Shown here piece after piece: positions 1-9,582 of a stretch of DNA of 64,000 nucleotides. How positions within the stretch are numbered: position 1 is the stretch's first letter; each line of letters opens with the position of its first letter. This stretch comes from Vicinamibacterales bacterium (GTDB taxonomy: Bacteria > Acidobacteriota > Vicinamibacteria > Vicinamibacterales > SCN-69-37), in the NCBI GenBank assembly GCA_035279905.1, contig DATEGZ010000200.1, forward strand, positions 1 through 64,000. The letters are read 5' to 3'. Below the pieces are notes generated by a model. It saw only the letters and a program-made list of their open reading frames with translations, made no database searches and was not told the DNA's origin. A program made the position numbers and the translations under genes.

Positions 1-169
1 CCCCGCGGCCGCCACCGCCGCGGCCGTTCGACGGCTGCGACAGGCCGAAGATTGGCTTGTGCGCGGCCAATACATCAACCATCGGATTGAGGTGCGTTGG
101 CTGCTGCGCCGCGGCGACCGCTCCGAGCAAACCCAGACCTACCGCGACGACCGCCAGACGTGCACGCAT
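1..169 (-). CDS. 5' end of a secreted hypothetical protein; the gene runs out of the window
   Basis: Minus-strand ATG at 169-167 with an AGGAGG Shine-Dalgarno 8 nt upstream. Translation is MRARLAVVAVGLGLLGAVAAAQQ..., a signal-peptide-like N-terminus. An upstream in-frame ATG at 190 overlaps the stop of the preceding gene (ATGA). Confidence 0.45.
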   Translation of the reverse strand, partial: MRARLAVVAVGLGLLGAVAAAQQPTHLNPMVDVLAAHKPIFGLSQPSNGRGGGGRG

Positions 170-186
170 CTCAAGCCTCCTGAAAG

Positions 187-1947
187 TCATTTCTTGTGGT
201 GTTCGCTAAGGTAACACGCGACGTGCTCGTCGAGCGTGCCGAGCGGCATCGAGCCGTACTCGAGCAGGTACGCGTGGAACTTGCGGATGTCGAACGCCGC
301 CCCCTGCGCCTGCTTCACCTGATCGCGCAGCTGATGAATCTCGCGCGAGCCGAGCTTGTAGGCGAGCGCCTGGCCCGGCATGTCGCTCGAGTAGCGCAGC
401 GTCTCCGTGTTGATTTGCACATCGGACTCGAGCGTGTGATCGCGCATGTAGGCCATCGCGCGGTCGCGCGGCCAGCCGAGCGCGTTCATGCCGGTGTCGA
501 CGACGAGACGGCTGGAGAGGAAGAGATCCATCGCGAGCCGCCCCGCGCGCGCGTACGGATCGGCGTCGTACATGCCCATCTCCCCCGCCAGGTCCGACGC
601 GTACTCCGCCCAGCCTTCGGTGAACGCCGTGTGCATGAGGTTGCGGCGGAACGGACTGAGCGTCGTGCTCTCGCGCCGGAGCGCGAGCTGGAAGTGGTGG
701 CCGGGAATGAGCTCGTGGTAGATGGTCGCGGGCGCCATCAGCACCGACCGCGACTCCGGCTGCGATCCGTTGAAGCGATAGAGGCCCATCGGATCGGCGG
801 CCGACGGCAGCTGGTAGTAGCCGTACGTCATCGACTGCTCGAGCGACTCGTCCAGGCGCTTCACGCCGTACGGCGCCTGCGGCATCAGCGTGAAGTAGGT
901 GTTGATCTTCGGCTCGATCCTCCGAATCGCCGCCATCATCGTCGCGCCGATGTCCTCGGAGCTCTTCGGGAAGAATCGCCGGTCGGTCTTGAGGTACGTA
1001 CGGAATTCCGCGAACGATCCCGTGAATCCCGCGGCGACACGGACTTTCTCGAGCTCGCCTTCGAGCCGGGCGATTTCCGCGATGCCGATGTCCTGAATCT
1101 GCTGCGGCGTCAGATCGAGCCCGGTGTGCTGATGAATCAGGTAACGGTAGTAGTCGGCGCCGCCTGCGTACTGGCTCACGCCGACGCCGGCGGGCGCGTG
1201 CGCGCGGTACGTCGTGTCGATGAACGCGACGAGCCGCTGGATCGACGGATTCACCGCTTGCCGGATCGTGTCGTCCACGTTGCGCTGGAACGCGGCCGCC
1301 GCGCCAGCCGGCAGCGCGCTCACCCTCGACGCGGCCACGCTGAACGCGCTCCGCGGCGGCTCGACGATGAGCGTCCGCACGAACGGCAGGACGAGCTGAA
1401 TCTCGTCGGCGGGCAGCACGATGCCGCGCTGCATCTGTCCGCGCAGCTTGGCCTCGTAGCCGCTCATCACGATCGGCACCTGATTCAATGCGTCGAGGTA
1501 CGTCTGGGCGTCCGCTGCGGTCTTGACCTGGAAGCTCTCGAACGGCGTCGTCAACACGCGAAGCGGCGACGAGTACGGCGTGACGGGCGTGATGAACCAG
1601 AAGTACTTGTCTGAGTCGGCGGTGCCGCTCACGTCGAACAGCAGATCGCTGTAAGTGATCCACTGATCGTGCGTGAGCTCAGCCGGATGCACGTCGCCGA
1701 GCTTCTTGACCATGTCGCCGGCCCACACGGACTCCTCGTGGGCGCGCGGCAGCGAGAGACCGGCGACGCGATCGGGAGAGAGGCCGCGCGCGAGACCGCC
1801 GCCCGCGGCCGCGGCGTGGGCCATGTACTCGTCGACGAGCGTGGCCAGGCGCGTCGCATCGGCGTTGGGCCCCTGGGCGACGAGGCCCGCGCCGGTTGCG
1901 GCCAGCGTCCCGACCAGAACCAGGCGGCGCACGAGAACCGTGCTCAT
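187..1947 (-). CDS. DUF885-family secreted protein (HExxH metallopeptidase-like)
   Basis: 606-aa ORF. Signal-peptide-like N-terminus (MSTVLVRRLVLVGTLAATGAGLVAQ). HELIPGHH zinc-binding motif, consistent with DUF885. The start could instead be at 1968 (MGRILRAM...). Confidence 0.7.
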   Translation of the reverse strand: MSTVLVRRLVLVGTLAATGAGLVAQGPNADATRLATLVDEYMAHAAAAGGGLARGLSPDRVAGLSLPRAHEESVWAGDMVKKLGDVHPAELTHDQWITYSDLLFDVSGTADSDKYFWFITPVTPYSSPLRVLTTPFESFQVKTAADAQTYLDALNQVPIVMSGYEAKLRGQMQRGIVLPADEIQLVLPFVRTLIVEPPRSAFSVAASRVSALPAGAAAAFQRNVDDTIRQAVNPSIQRLVAFIDTTYRAHAPAGVGVSQYAGGADYYRYLIHQHTGLDLTPQQIQDIGIAEIARLEGELEKVRVAAGFTGSFAEFRTYLKTDRRFFPKSSEDIGATMMAAIRRIEPKINTYFTLMPQAPYGVKRLDESLEQSMTYGYYQLPSAADPMGLYRFNGSQPESRSVLMAPATIYHELIPGHHFQLALRRESTTLSPFRRNLMHTAFTEGWAEYASDLAGEMGMYDADPYARAGRLAMDLFLSSRLVVDTGMNALGWPRDRAMAYMRDHTLESDVQINTETLRYSSDMPGQALAYKLGSREIHQLRDQVKQAQGAAFDIRKFHAYLLEYGSMPLGTLDEHVACYLSEHHKK

Positions 1948-2021
1948 GGCGCGGAGTATACGCCCCATGCCGCGAGGGTGGAGTATCATCCGCGCACGCT
2001 TTCTCATTACGGAGGCTCCCT

Positions 2022-3176
2022 ATGGCACCCCGAGTCCTGGTGTGCGCCGTCGCGATCGGCCTGACGTGCGCATGCTCGCAACCCCCTGCGTCAAACACGT
2101 CCGCACCCGCGTCCGCATCGTCCGGCGCGAGCGCCGGTCAAGTTCGCACCTACTACATCGCCGCCGACGACGTCGTGTGGGACTTCGCGCCGAGCGGCAA
2201 GAACCAGGCGAGCGGACAGCCGTTCACTGAAGAGCAGTCGTTCTTCGCGATGCCGGGCCCGCTGTCGCTCGGACACACGTACAAGAAATCGCTCTTCCGC
2301 GAATACACGGACGCGACGTTCAAGACGGTCAAGCCGCGTCCCGCGGAGTGGGAACACCTGGGCATGCTGGGCCCGCTCGTGCGCGCCGAGGTCGGCGACA
2401 CGATCAAGATCGTCTTCAAGAACAACGGCCAGCATCGCTACAGCCTGCACCCGCACGGCGTCTTCTACACGAAGGACTCCGAGGGCGCGGAGTACGACGA
2501 CGGCACGGGCAAGAAGCTCGGCGTCGAGCCTGGCGCGACGCACACGTACGAGTGGCCGGTGCCCGAGCGCGCGGGTCCGGCGCACGGCGAGGGCAGCTCG
2601 ATCATCTGGATGTACCACTCGCACATTGAAGAGGAGAAGGACGTCAACGCGGGACTGATCGGCGCGATGATCATCACTGCGAAGGGCGAGGCAAGACCCG
2701 ACGGATCGCCCAAGGACATCGACCGCGAGATCGTCGCCGGCTTCCTCGAAGTGGACGAGAACCTGAGCTGGCACATCGACGACAACATCAAGGCGTACGC
2801 GGGCAAGGGCTCGCACATCAAGAAGACGGACAACTTCGCGGATCCACTGTACGTCGCGAACCTGAAGGAGACGATCAACGGCTTCGTCTACGGCAACACG
2901 CCTGGGTTCACGATGCAGAAGGGTCAGAAGGTGCGCTGGTACCTGATGGCGTCGACGAACTTCGAGATCCACGCGCCGCACTGGCACGGCAACACGGTCG
3001 TCGCGCGTCACATGCGGACCGACGTCGCGCCGCTGCTCCCGATGGACATGGTGACCGCCGACATGGAGCCGGACAACGTCGGCACGTGGCTGTTCCACTG
3101 CCACACCGGGCCGCATCTGCGCGCGGGGATGGTGTCGAAGTACGTCGTCACAGACGCGACGACGAAGACGAAATAA
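2022..3176 (+). CDS. Two-domain multicopper oxidase (cupredoxin), probably a lipoprotein or secreted
   Basis: GGAGG Shine-Dalgarno at 2011-2015 before the ATG at 2022. Signal peptide MAPRVLVCAVAIGLTCAC. Copper-ligand motifs HPHG, WMYHSH, HAPHWHG and HCHTGPHLRAGM. Confidence 0.8.
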   Translation: MAPRVLVCAVAIGLTCACSQPPASNTSAPASASSGASAGQVRTYYIAADDVVWDFAPSGKNQASGQPFTEEQSFFAMPGPLSLGHTYKKSLFREYTDATFKTVKPRPAEWEHLGMLGPLVRAEVGDTIKIVFKNNGQHRYSLHPHGVFYTKDSEGAEYDDGTGKKLGVEPGATHTYEWPVPERAGPAHGEGSSIIWMYHSHIEEEKDVNAGLIGAMIITAKGEARPDGSPKDIDREIVAGFLEVDENLSWHIDDNIKAYAGKGSHIKKTDNFADPLYVANLKETINGFVYGNTPGFTMQKGQKVRWYLMASTNFEIHAPHWHGNTVVARHMRTDVAPLLPMDMVTADMEPDNVGTWLFHCHTGPHLRAGMVSKYVVTDATTKTK

Positions 3177-3238
3177 GACCCTAGGGGTTTCTAGGGCTTC
3201 CTCAAGGTTCCCGATGGTTCCTTGAGGTTCGGAGTCCG
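3177..3238. terminator. Two small hairpins in the convergent gap between the multicopper oxidase and the cytochrome gene
   Basis: CCCTAG-GGGTTT-CTAGGG, and CCTCAAGG-TTCCCGATGGTT-CCTTGAGG. The region contains GGTTCC units. Confidence 0.4.
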
Positions 3239-4768
3239 TTACAACGTTTTCAGGTACTCGATCAGCGCGCGACGATTCGCATCGGTTTTGATCCGCGCCC
3301 AGAAATCGTGCCCGGCGTTCGACGATCCCGGACGCTGGGTGTTGAACCAGTCGCGGTTCGTCCCGTAACGACGCGTGAGCTCGTCGGGCGGGAGCGCGGC
3401 ATCGGCCGGATCGATCGTGAGCCGCTGGCCGACGCGCGCGCGATCGAAGGACCGCGCGGCCATGACCTGAAAGATCGGCGGCCGCTCGGACGCGGGACCG
3501 AGCAGGTGGTACAGCGTCGGCACGCTACCGTTGTGCAGGTAGGGGAAATCCGCCCACACGCCGGTCAGCGGCGTGGCAGCGTAGCCTTCGCTCTTCCGCA
3601 ACTGCCCTTCCGCCGCCAGCGGGCTGTGGACGAACGCGTCGATGAAACCGGCCGAGACCACGTCGAGCCGGCCGCGATCCGTGCCCACGTCCGCGTGCAC
3701 GCCCGGCCAGTCAACGTGGCCGCGGCCGTCATACACGCCGTGGCATGCGAAGCAGCCCACCTCCTTTGAGTAGAACAGCTCCCGGCCGCGCTGCGCCAAC
3801 GCGCGGTCGATCGCGTAGGGATACGGCGGCGGTCTCAAGTACTGGACGACTGATTCGAACTCGTTCTTGATCTCCGGAACGACGGACGTGATCAGTGCGT
3901 CGAAGGACCGATCCTTCTCGAGCTCCATCGACGAGGCCATCAGCGGAAACGGCCCGTGGAAGCTGCCGTCGGTGTACCAGCGGCCGACGGGCATCTTCGC
4001 CGCCGTGTGCCAGAGCGGCGGCGTCTTGACGTCGCCGCGCCCGACCTCCTCGACCGCGGGCATGCGGCCATCGTGCGGCCGCATGTAGAGCTCGACGTGC
4101 GACGCGGCAAATGCCGTCGATCGCGCGCGCGTGAGCGAGTCGATCTTGTCGTGATGATGGCTATTGAGGATCCGGTTGGCGTCGGCGACGAGTGCAGAGT
4201 CCGCTGATCCGCCCGGCACGAGCCGGCGCCACGGGTCGCTCGTCAGCTTCTTGAGCGCTTCGCCCAGCCAGAGCTCGTCGAACGTCTTCGTGCCCGCGCC
4301 GAAGTACGTCACGCCGTCGATCTCCGCGGTGTGACAGACGAGACAGTTGACCGTCCAGCGAAGCGAGTCGCGTCCGCTCGTGTCGGGCGCCATGCCGAAC
4401 GCCTTCACGCGCGCGTTGTCGCGCCAGAGCACCAGGCCGACCTTGTCGCGCACGATCGTGTCCACGTCGCCCACGATAGCCTGCGTGACCATGTTCGCGT
4501 CGAAGAGCGATTGCGGAATCCACGCGGACGCGTCGTACGTCTCGTAGATGAAGTCGAAGAGGGCCTGCTGCCGCACGGACTCCGGCCGCGGGTCCGCCGG
4601 ATCCCAGGCGAGGACGATGTGCTGCATGTCGGCGTCGAACGTCGACGCGAGCGTCTCGCGCGTCGGCGGCGCCGTCGAGGCGCGCGCCCACCAGCTCGCG
4701 GCGAACACGACGGTGACGAGCGCGATGGCGGCGCGAACGGCATGTGATCGACTCCGGGTCATGGGCAC
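3239..4768 (-). CDS. Di-heme cytochrome c peroxidase / MauG-family-like protein
   Basis: Two CxxCH motifs (NCLVCH, GCFACH). A PYLHNGSVPTL motif typical of the bacterial CCP/MauG family. Signal peptide present. Confidence 0.7.
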   Translation of the reverse strand: MPMTRSRSHAVRAAIALVTVVFAASWWARASTAPPTRETLASTFDADMQHIVLAWDPADPRPESVRQQALFDFIYETYDASAWIPQSLFDANMVTQAIVGDVDTIVRDKVGLVLWRDNARVKAFGMAPDTSGRDSLRWTVNCLVCHTAEIDGVTYFGAGTKTFDELWLGEALKKLTSDPWRRLVPGGSADSALVADANRILNSHHHDKIDSLTRARSTAFAASHVELYMRPHDGRMPAVEEVGRGDVKTPPLWHTAAKMPVGRWYTDGSFHGPFPLMASSMELEKDRSFDALITSVVPEIKNEFESVVQYLRPPPYPYAIDRALAQRGRELFYSKEVGCFACHGVYDGRGHVDWPGVHADVGTDRGRLDVVSAGFIDAFVHSPLAAEGQLRKSEGYAATPLTGVWADFPYLHNGSVPTLYHLLGPASERPPIFQVMAARSFDRARVGQRLTIDPADAALPPDELTRRYGTNRDWFNTQRPGSSNAGHDFWARIKTDANRRALIEYLKTL

Positions 4769-4772
4769 ACCT

Positions 4773-5969
4773 CTAGCGATACGCGGTCTTGATCAACGCG
4801 CGGGCGTTATCTGCGCAGTCGTCGTCGTGGTCCTGCTTGCACAGGCGGTCGGCGAGGCGGTACTCATCCGTCGCACGCGCGCGATCGCCGGCGAGATCGG
4901 CAATCTTGCCGAGCTCGCGATGGATGCGGCCGCGCACCCAGTCTCGGACGGCCATGGGCAACGCGGCGCGCAGCTCGCGCTCGGCGGGTTGAACGTCCTT
5001 GAGCGCGACGAGCGTCGCGCCATAGCCGTAGCGCCAGCGCGACTCCTCGCCGACGGCGCGCGGCCTCCGATCGGCGGCGAGCATCGCCAGCCCGGTTTCG
5101 AACGCCGTTCGCGCGACGATCGGCCGGCCCGCTCGAAGCGCGGTGCTGCCCGCTTCGAGCCACAGCAACCGGTTTCGCGGGAATCGATGCTGAAGATCCG
5201 CGACGACGGCCAGCGCGTCGTCCCAGCGCGATTCGCGGTTGTACATCACGAGCAGCGTGAAGAGCGCGTTCGGCTGGCTGTCGCTGGGATAGTGCGCCGC
5301 GGCTTCGACGAGCTTAAGACCCTGCGCGCGGTCGCCGTCGAAGCCGACGATCTTCGCCATCAGCCGCAGCGGCGCCGGGAGTGACGCGACCGTGTAGCGG
5401 TACAGACCGACGATCAGTCCGGCATCTTTACGCGACGGATCGAGCTCGAGCACGCGCTGGTGCTCGCGATAGGCGCGCCGGCCCGGTCCGAGGCTGCCGA
5501 CGACGCGGCCTTCGACGGTCGCGATGTACGACGCGCGGAAGCCGTAGACGGATCCGACCTGAAAATGCGCCTCGGCATCGTTGGGATGCGCGCGCAGGAG
5601 CGCTTCAGCGACCGTCTGCGCGCGATCGAGATCCTCATGGAACGCGCGATCGAGCTCCGGCGATGCCGCGCTGCGCGGCACATCCGCACGCGCCTGACCG
5701 AGGTAGTCATCGACCGTGACCGCGCCCTGCTCGAAGAGCAGCGCCGTCCACGCCGTAGCGGCCGCGAGCGCAGGCGCGCGCGAGTCGTTCGGATCTGCGG
5801 CGATGGCGAGCCGGAACGCAGCGAAAGCGTCCGGATAGTCGAGGTTGTAGCCGAGCTCCAGCCCGCGCGCGCGAAGCGCCGCCGACGGTCCGGCGTCGAG
5901 GGCCATCGACGCCAGAAGAATCGACGCCGCCGTCGCGCCACGTGCCACCGCCACGCCCCAGCCCACCAT
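4773..5969 (-). CDS. TPR-repeat protein
   Basis: 398-aa ORF with helical tetratricopeptide-like composition. Its stop is 4 nt upstream of the start of the cytochrome gene, so it is probably co-transcribed with it. Confidence 0.55.
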   Translation of the reverse strand: MVGWGVAVARGATAASILLASMALDAGPSAALRARGLELGYNLDYPDAFAAFRLAIAADPNDSRAPALAAATAWTALLFEQGAVTVDDYLGQARADVPRSAASPELDRAFHEDLDRAQTVAEALLRAHPNDAEAHFQVGSVYGFRASYIATVEGRVVGSLGPGRRAYREHQRVLELDPSRKDAGLIVGLYRYTVASLPAPLRLMAKIVGFDGDRAQGLKLVEAAAHYPSDSQPNALFTLLVMYNRESRWDDALAVVADLQHRFPRNRLLWLEAGSTALRAGRPIVARTAFETGLAMLAADRRPRAVGEESRWRYGYGATLVALKDVQPAERELRAALPMAVRDWVRGRIHRELGKIADLAGDRARATDEYRLADRLCKQDHDDDCADNARALIKTAYR

Positions 5970-6042
5970 GCGGGCAGGTTAGGTCGGGGCGCGGGGCGAA
6001 GTCGTGAACGGGCGATGAAGAAAGCGTGAGAAAGAGTGAGGG

Positions 6043-6651
6043 CTAAGCCTCGGAACCCCGCCCCTCGGCAGGCTCGGGGCGCCCTGAGTTCGTCGAAGGG
6101 CGGAACCTCGGAACCACCTTGCGCACGAGGCGAGCGGTGAACCTCACGTAAGCAACGAGTCCGACGAGCGCCGCCCCTCCGAGAATGCCCATGACGGGTC
6201 CAACGAGGACCGCGACCCACGGCGGCACGTCCATCGTGACGTAGGCCGGCAGCCAGTCCGCGGACGCCGCGATGCCCGCCACGAACACCGCAACTCCCGC
6301 CGCGACGAACGAGACGCCGATCGATCCGAGCACGACGATGACGATGAAAGTCGGGATGCTGCCGATCGCGATGAGCCCGGCCAGCGCCAGGAAGCGACGC
6401 AGGCGGTTCATGCCGGGACTGACCGCCGGCGGGCGATTGAGCAGCAGCTCCACGGCGTAGCCGCGCGCGAGATCGTCGGCGGACCCGAGCGACGCGAGTA
6501 CTTTGTCCACCGGCTGACCTGACGACATGGCCTCGGCGATGTGATTGCGGATTTCACCGACGACTTCGGCGCGGTCGGCCGCCGGAAGCGCCTGCAGTCC
6601 GGCGTCGAGCTTGGCGAGGTAGCGTGCGACGAGAGGATGCGTGTCCGTCAT
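6043..6651 (-). CDS. PadR-associated membrane protein (DUF1700-like)
   Basis: ATG at 6651 overlaps the PadR TGA stop (ATGA). 202 aa, with a soluble N-terminus (MTDTHPLVARYLAKLDAGL...) followed by 3-4 transmembrane helices. The remainder of the 558-aa track ORF is an off-frame artefact. Confidence 0.65.
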   Translation of the reverse strand: MTDTHPLVARYLAKLDAGLQALPAADRAEVVGEIRNHIAEAMSSGQPVDKVLASLGSADDLARGYAVELLLNRPPAVSPGMNRLRRFLALAGLIAIGSIPTFIVIVVLGSIGVSFVAAGVAVFVAGIAASADWLPAYVTMDVPPWVAVLVGPVMGILGGAALVGLVAYVRFTARLVRKVVPRFRPSTNSGRPEPAEGRGSEA

Positions 6652-6998
6652 GATTCCACTCCGATGCGCGTCGCGCGCGCGACCGCGTTCACCATCGCGT
6701 CCCATTCCTTCTCGAGCGTCGTCAGGCGCCGCTTGCCGTCGGCGGTGAGGCGGTAGTACTGCCGCGGCGGGCCGGCGGGCGATTCCTGCATGAACGTGTC
6801 GAGCAGGCCTTCCGTCTTCAGTCGACGAAGCAGCGGGTAGACCGTGTTCTCGCCGGCGGCCAGCGGTCCAAGCGCCTCGAGGCGTGTCACGATTTCGTAG
6901 CCGTAGCTGGGATCGCGCCGCAGCAGCTGCAGGATGCAGAGCTCGAGCACGCCGCGGCGAAGCTGCGAGGTCCAGTCGGCGATCGCGGGAAGAGTCAC
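6648..6998 (-). CDS. PadR-family transcriptional regulator
   Basis: 116 aa. Winged-helix PadR signature: LELCILQLLRRDPSYGYEIVTRLE...VYPLLRRLKTEGLL...YYRLTADGKRRL. Confidence 0.85.
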   Translation of the reverse strand: MTLPAIADWTSQLRRGVLELCILQLLRRDPSYGYEIVTRLEALGPLAAGENTVYPLLRRLKTEGLLDTFMQESPAGPPRQYYRLTADGKRRLTTLEKEWDAMVNAVARATRIGVES

Positions 6999-7007
6999 GA
7001 TGCGCTC

Positions 7008-7757
7008 CTACCGGACGCCCACGTGCGCGTCGCCGACGCTGACGGACGCGACGACGCCGTCGGTGCCGTCGCCCTTCAATCGCACGCGCTCGCCTGCGCC
7101 GTGCTGATCGGTGATGACGATGTCGTGGCCATCGAGCGAGAGCCGCGCGTGGCCGACGCGCGAGCGCACGTCGATGTCGCCCGGCGGCGTCTCGCCGGTG
7201 TGCGCGCGAACGACGCCGACGCCGAGCGTGAGCATCAGCGGACCGCGAGGCACGTCGACATCGATCGCGCCTTCCTGCTGCCCGACGCCGCTGTCCGCGC
7301 TCGCGCGCACGCCGCCTTCGACGCCGGTCACCGAGATAGCGCCGCGACGAAGCGTCACTTCCGCCGCGAGCCGCGCGGGCATCCGGACGATCCAGTGCTC
7401 GATCAGGCCGTCGCCGATCCCGCCGGTCACGCGCACGCGCATCGTCCGGCCCTGCGCGGACGTGTCGAGCGTCGTGCGGGAGGCGTCGCCGCGCGGCGAT
7501 CCCATCAATCGCACGCCGGTGGCGCCGCTCTCGACCGCAACGGCGATTTCGATTTGATCGGCCGGCGTCACGCCGACCTCCACCTGTCCCTGTCCCGCGG
7601 AAATCTCGACGCGCGAGAGTCCGTCCGCGGGGATGGTCGCCGAGAGCGCGTTCGTGCTGGGCGCGACCGCCGGCGCGGGCTTCCCCGCCACCGCCGCCGC
7701 CACGACCGCCGCGCCCCACAACACCAATCCCGTCACCACGATCGAGCGCTTGTTCAT
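7008..7757 (-). CDS. Secreted beta-rich protein (DUF4097/adhesin-like), the third gene of the PadR operon
   Basis: Signal peptide MNKRSIVVTGLVLWGAAVVAAAVA. Repetitive V/G/D-rich beta-strand pattern. Its stop is 9 nt before the PadR start. The PadR/DUF1700/DUF4097 arrangement is a known module in Firmicutes. Confidence 0.5.
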   Translation of the reverse strand: MNKRSIVVTGLVLWGAAVVAAAVAGKPAPAVAPSTNALSATIPADGLSRVEISAGQGQVEVGVTPADQIEIAVAVESGATGVRLMGSPRGDASRTTLDTSAQGRTMRVRVTGGIGDGLIEHWIVRMPARLAAEVTLRRGAISVTGVEGGVRASADSGVGQQEGAIDVDVPRGPLMLTLGVGVVRAHTGETPPGDIDVRSRVGHARLSLDGHDIVITDQHGAGERVRLKGDGTDGVVASVSVGDAHVGVR

Positions 7758-7857
7758 TGGCCTCTCCAGGGGGCCGGATCTGGATCCGACCCCCGTAGTG
7801 TGTCCCGCACAGTAGCAGGCTACTGTGTAAGACGCAATAGCGGCGGGAAAGTTCCGT

Positions 7858-8535
7858 CTACGTTGGTTTGACGGTGCGGTGCCGCTCGATCCACAGGGAC
7901 CAGAGCGGCAGGAGGACGGCGAGGACGAGCGCGACGATCGTCAGCGCGCCGACGCTCGGCGGTGGAGGCGAGAACGGGCCGCTGAGCCACGCGCCGCCCA
8001 CCACCAGCACGAGCGCGACGAATCCCCACTTCCCTTGCGCGTCCAGCGCCCTGGTCGTGTGGTGATAGATCGCGATGCCGGCGGCAAACAGCAGGCCTTC
8101 CACTTCAATCGTGCCGGAGACCGACTCCCACAGCCCGAGCCCGACCCGCGGACCGAACGGCCACAACGGCAGGTCGGGACGGTGCATGAAGTAGTCGAGC
8201 ACCCAGTGACTGACGACGAGCGCGCTGACGACGAGGCCGGCGCGCATGCTGCCGAACGCTTTGCGCGCGAAATGCCCGGCAATCGCCGCCCACACGACGC
8301 TCATCACGAGGCTGTGGCTCCACGGATAGCTCACGAAATTGAGCGGCGTGAACGCCGTGTTGCCAGGCTCGATGCGTACCGTTTCGAGCCCCACGAGCAG
8401 AAACACCGGCCAGAGCAGATCGGCGGCGTATGCCGAGGCGACCAGAACCGGCAGTGGAAGCTTCGGCTCGACCTTCTTGGCGCCAAGCGCAACAGCGAGG
8501 TGACCAGCAAACATCGGCGTCTGAACCCGCCACAT
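7858..8535 (-). CDS. Polytopic inner-membrane protein, possibly a DUF457-like metal-dependent hydrolase
   Basis: ATG at 8535 with AAGAGG 5 nt upstream. 225 aa, about six hydrophobic helices, His-rich motif SHWVLDYFMHRPD. The longer 482-aa ORF upstream is an Arg-rich artefact. Confidence 0.55.
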   Translation of the reverse strand: MWRVQTPMFAGHLAVALGAKKVEPKLPLPVLVASAYAADLLWPVFLLVGLETVRIEPGNTAFTPLNFVSYPWSHSLVMSVVWAAIAGHFARKAFGSMRAGLVVSALVVSHWVLDYFMHRPDLPLWPFGPRVGLGLWESVSGTIEVEGLLFAAGIAIYHHTTRALDAQGKWGFVALVLVVGGAWLSGPFSPPPPSVGALTIVALVLAVLLPLWSLWIERHRTVKPT

Positions 8536-8589
8536 CGTACCGCCTCTTGCCGTTCGCACCAACTCGCCAGGGAGTATGCTCGGGCAGCC

Positions 8590-9579
8590 ATGACGCCTTC
8601 CGCTGCATTCGCGTTCGGATCGGTGACCGTTCCGCCCGGGTCGATCGTGTCCGGCATGCTCGATGTGCCGGTCAGCGGCACCAGTCCGGCCTCCTTCGTG
8701 CCGTTTTCCGTGCTCCACGGCACGTCGCCGGGCCCTGTGCTCGCGCTGGTGGCCGGCGTGCACGGCATGGAGTACGCGCCAATCCTCGCGCTGCAGCGGT
8801 TGCGCCGCACGATCGATCCCAAGACGCTGCGCGGTACCGTGCTCATGATTCACACGGCCAACGTGCCGTCGTTCCTCGGCCGCACGATCTACTACTCGCC
8901 CATCGATGGCCAGAATCTCAATCGCGTGTTTCCCGGCAAGGCCGACGGCACGCTGTCCGAGCGCCTCGCGCACGTCATCACGCGCGAGGTGATCGCGCGC
9001 GCGACGCACGTGCTCGATCTGCACGGCGGCGACGGCAACGAGCAGCTGCGCCCGTACGCGTACTGGATCACGAGCGGCGATCCGGCCGTCGCGGACGCGA
9101 GCCGCGAGCTCGCGCTCGCCTTCGGCCTCGAGCGCATCGTCGTGGACGACGAGCGGCCGACGGATGCGGCAGTCTCGCTGTACTTGTCGAACACGGCGAT
9201 CACGCGCGGCAAGCCGGCGGTCACGACGGAGGCCGGCGGCCTGGGCCAGACGGACGAGACGGCGATCGCGTTGATCGAACGCGGCGTCGCCGGCGTGCTG
9301 CGCCATCTCGGCATGCGCAACGACGGGCCGTCACCGCTCGCCGCGCCGGTGTGGATCACGAAGAACGTCGTGCTTCGCGCCCACGAGACCGGTCTCTTCT
9401 TCCCGGCGGTGTCGTGCGGCGAGATCGTCGCCGCCGAAGCCGCCATCGGCCACATCACGGATTTTCACGGGCGCGTTCTTGAAGAGATCGTCGCGCCGTT
9501 CGCGGGAGAGATTCTCTACGTCGTGCGCACGCCGCCGATGACGATCGGCGAGCCGATTGCGATGATTGGCGCGGCGTGA
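8590..9579 (+). CDS. Succinylglutamate desuccinylase/aspartoacylase-family zinc hydrolase
   Basis: 329 aa from the ATG at 8590. VAGVHGMEY (HGxE zinc motif), DLHGG, and similarity to the AstE/AspA carboxypeptidase-like fold. Confidence 0.65.
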   Translation: MTPSAAFAFGSVTVPPGSIVSGMLDVPVSGTSPASFVPFSVLHGTSPGPVLALVAGVHGMEYAPILALQRLRRTIDPKTLRGTVLMIHTANVPSFLGRTIYYSPIDGQNLNRVFPGKADGTLSERLAHVITREVIARATHVLDLHGGDGNEQLRPYAYWITSGDPAVADASRELALAFGLERIVVDDERPTDAAVSLYLSNTAITRGKPAVTTEAGGLGQTDETAIALIERGVAGVLRHLGMRNDGPSPLAAPVWITKNVVLRAHETGLFFPAVSCGEIVAAEAAIGHITDFHGRVLEEIVAPFAGEILYVVRTPPMTIGEPIAMIGAA

Positions 9580-9582
9580 CGG

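Noticed and set aside
196-1663. Long ORFs (472 and 485 aa) on both strands overlapping the DUF885 gene
   Set aside because: Arg/Ala/Pro-rich, low-complexity translations typical of off-frame reading in 70% GC DNA. The DUF885 frame has a clear HExxH domain and a signal peptide.
6652-7719. Upstream 350 aa of the 558-aa minus-strand ORF at 6043..7719
   Set aside because: It is Gly/Arg-rich nonsense (MGRGGRGGGGGGEARAGG...). It overlaps the in-frame-distinct PadR and DUF4097-like genes. Only the C-terminal 202 aa, from the ATG at 6651, form a plausible membrane protein.
7879-8589. N-terminal 237 aa of the 566-aa plus-strand ORF at 7879..9579, and the 482-aa minus-strand ORF upstream of 8535
   Set aside because: Arg/Asp/Glu-rich off-frame translation antisense to the membrane-protein gene. 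The real genes start at the ATG at 8590 (plus strand) and the ATG at 8535 (minus strand).
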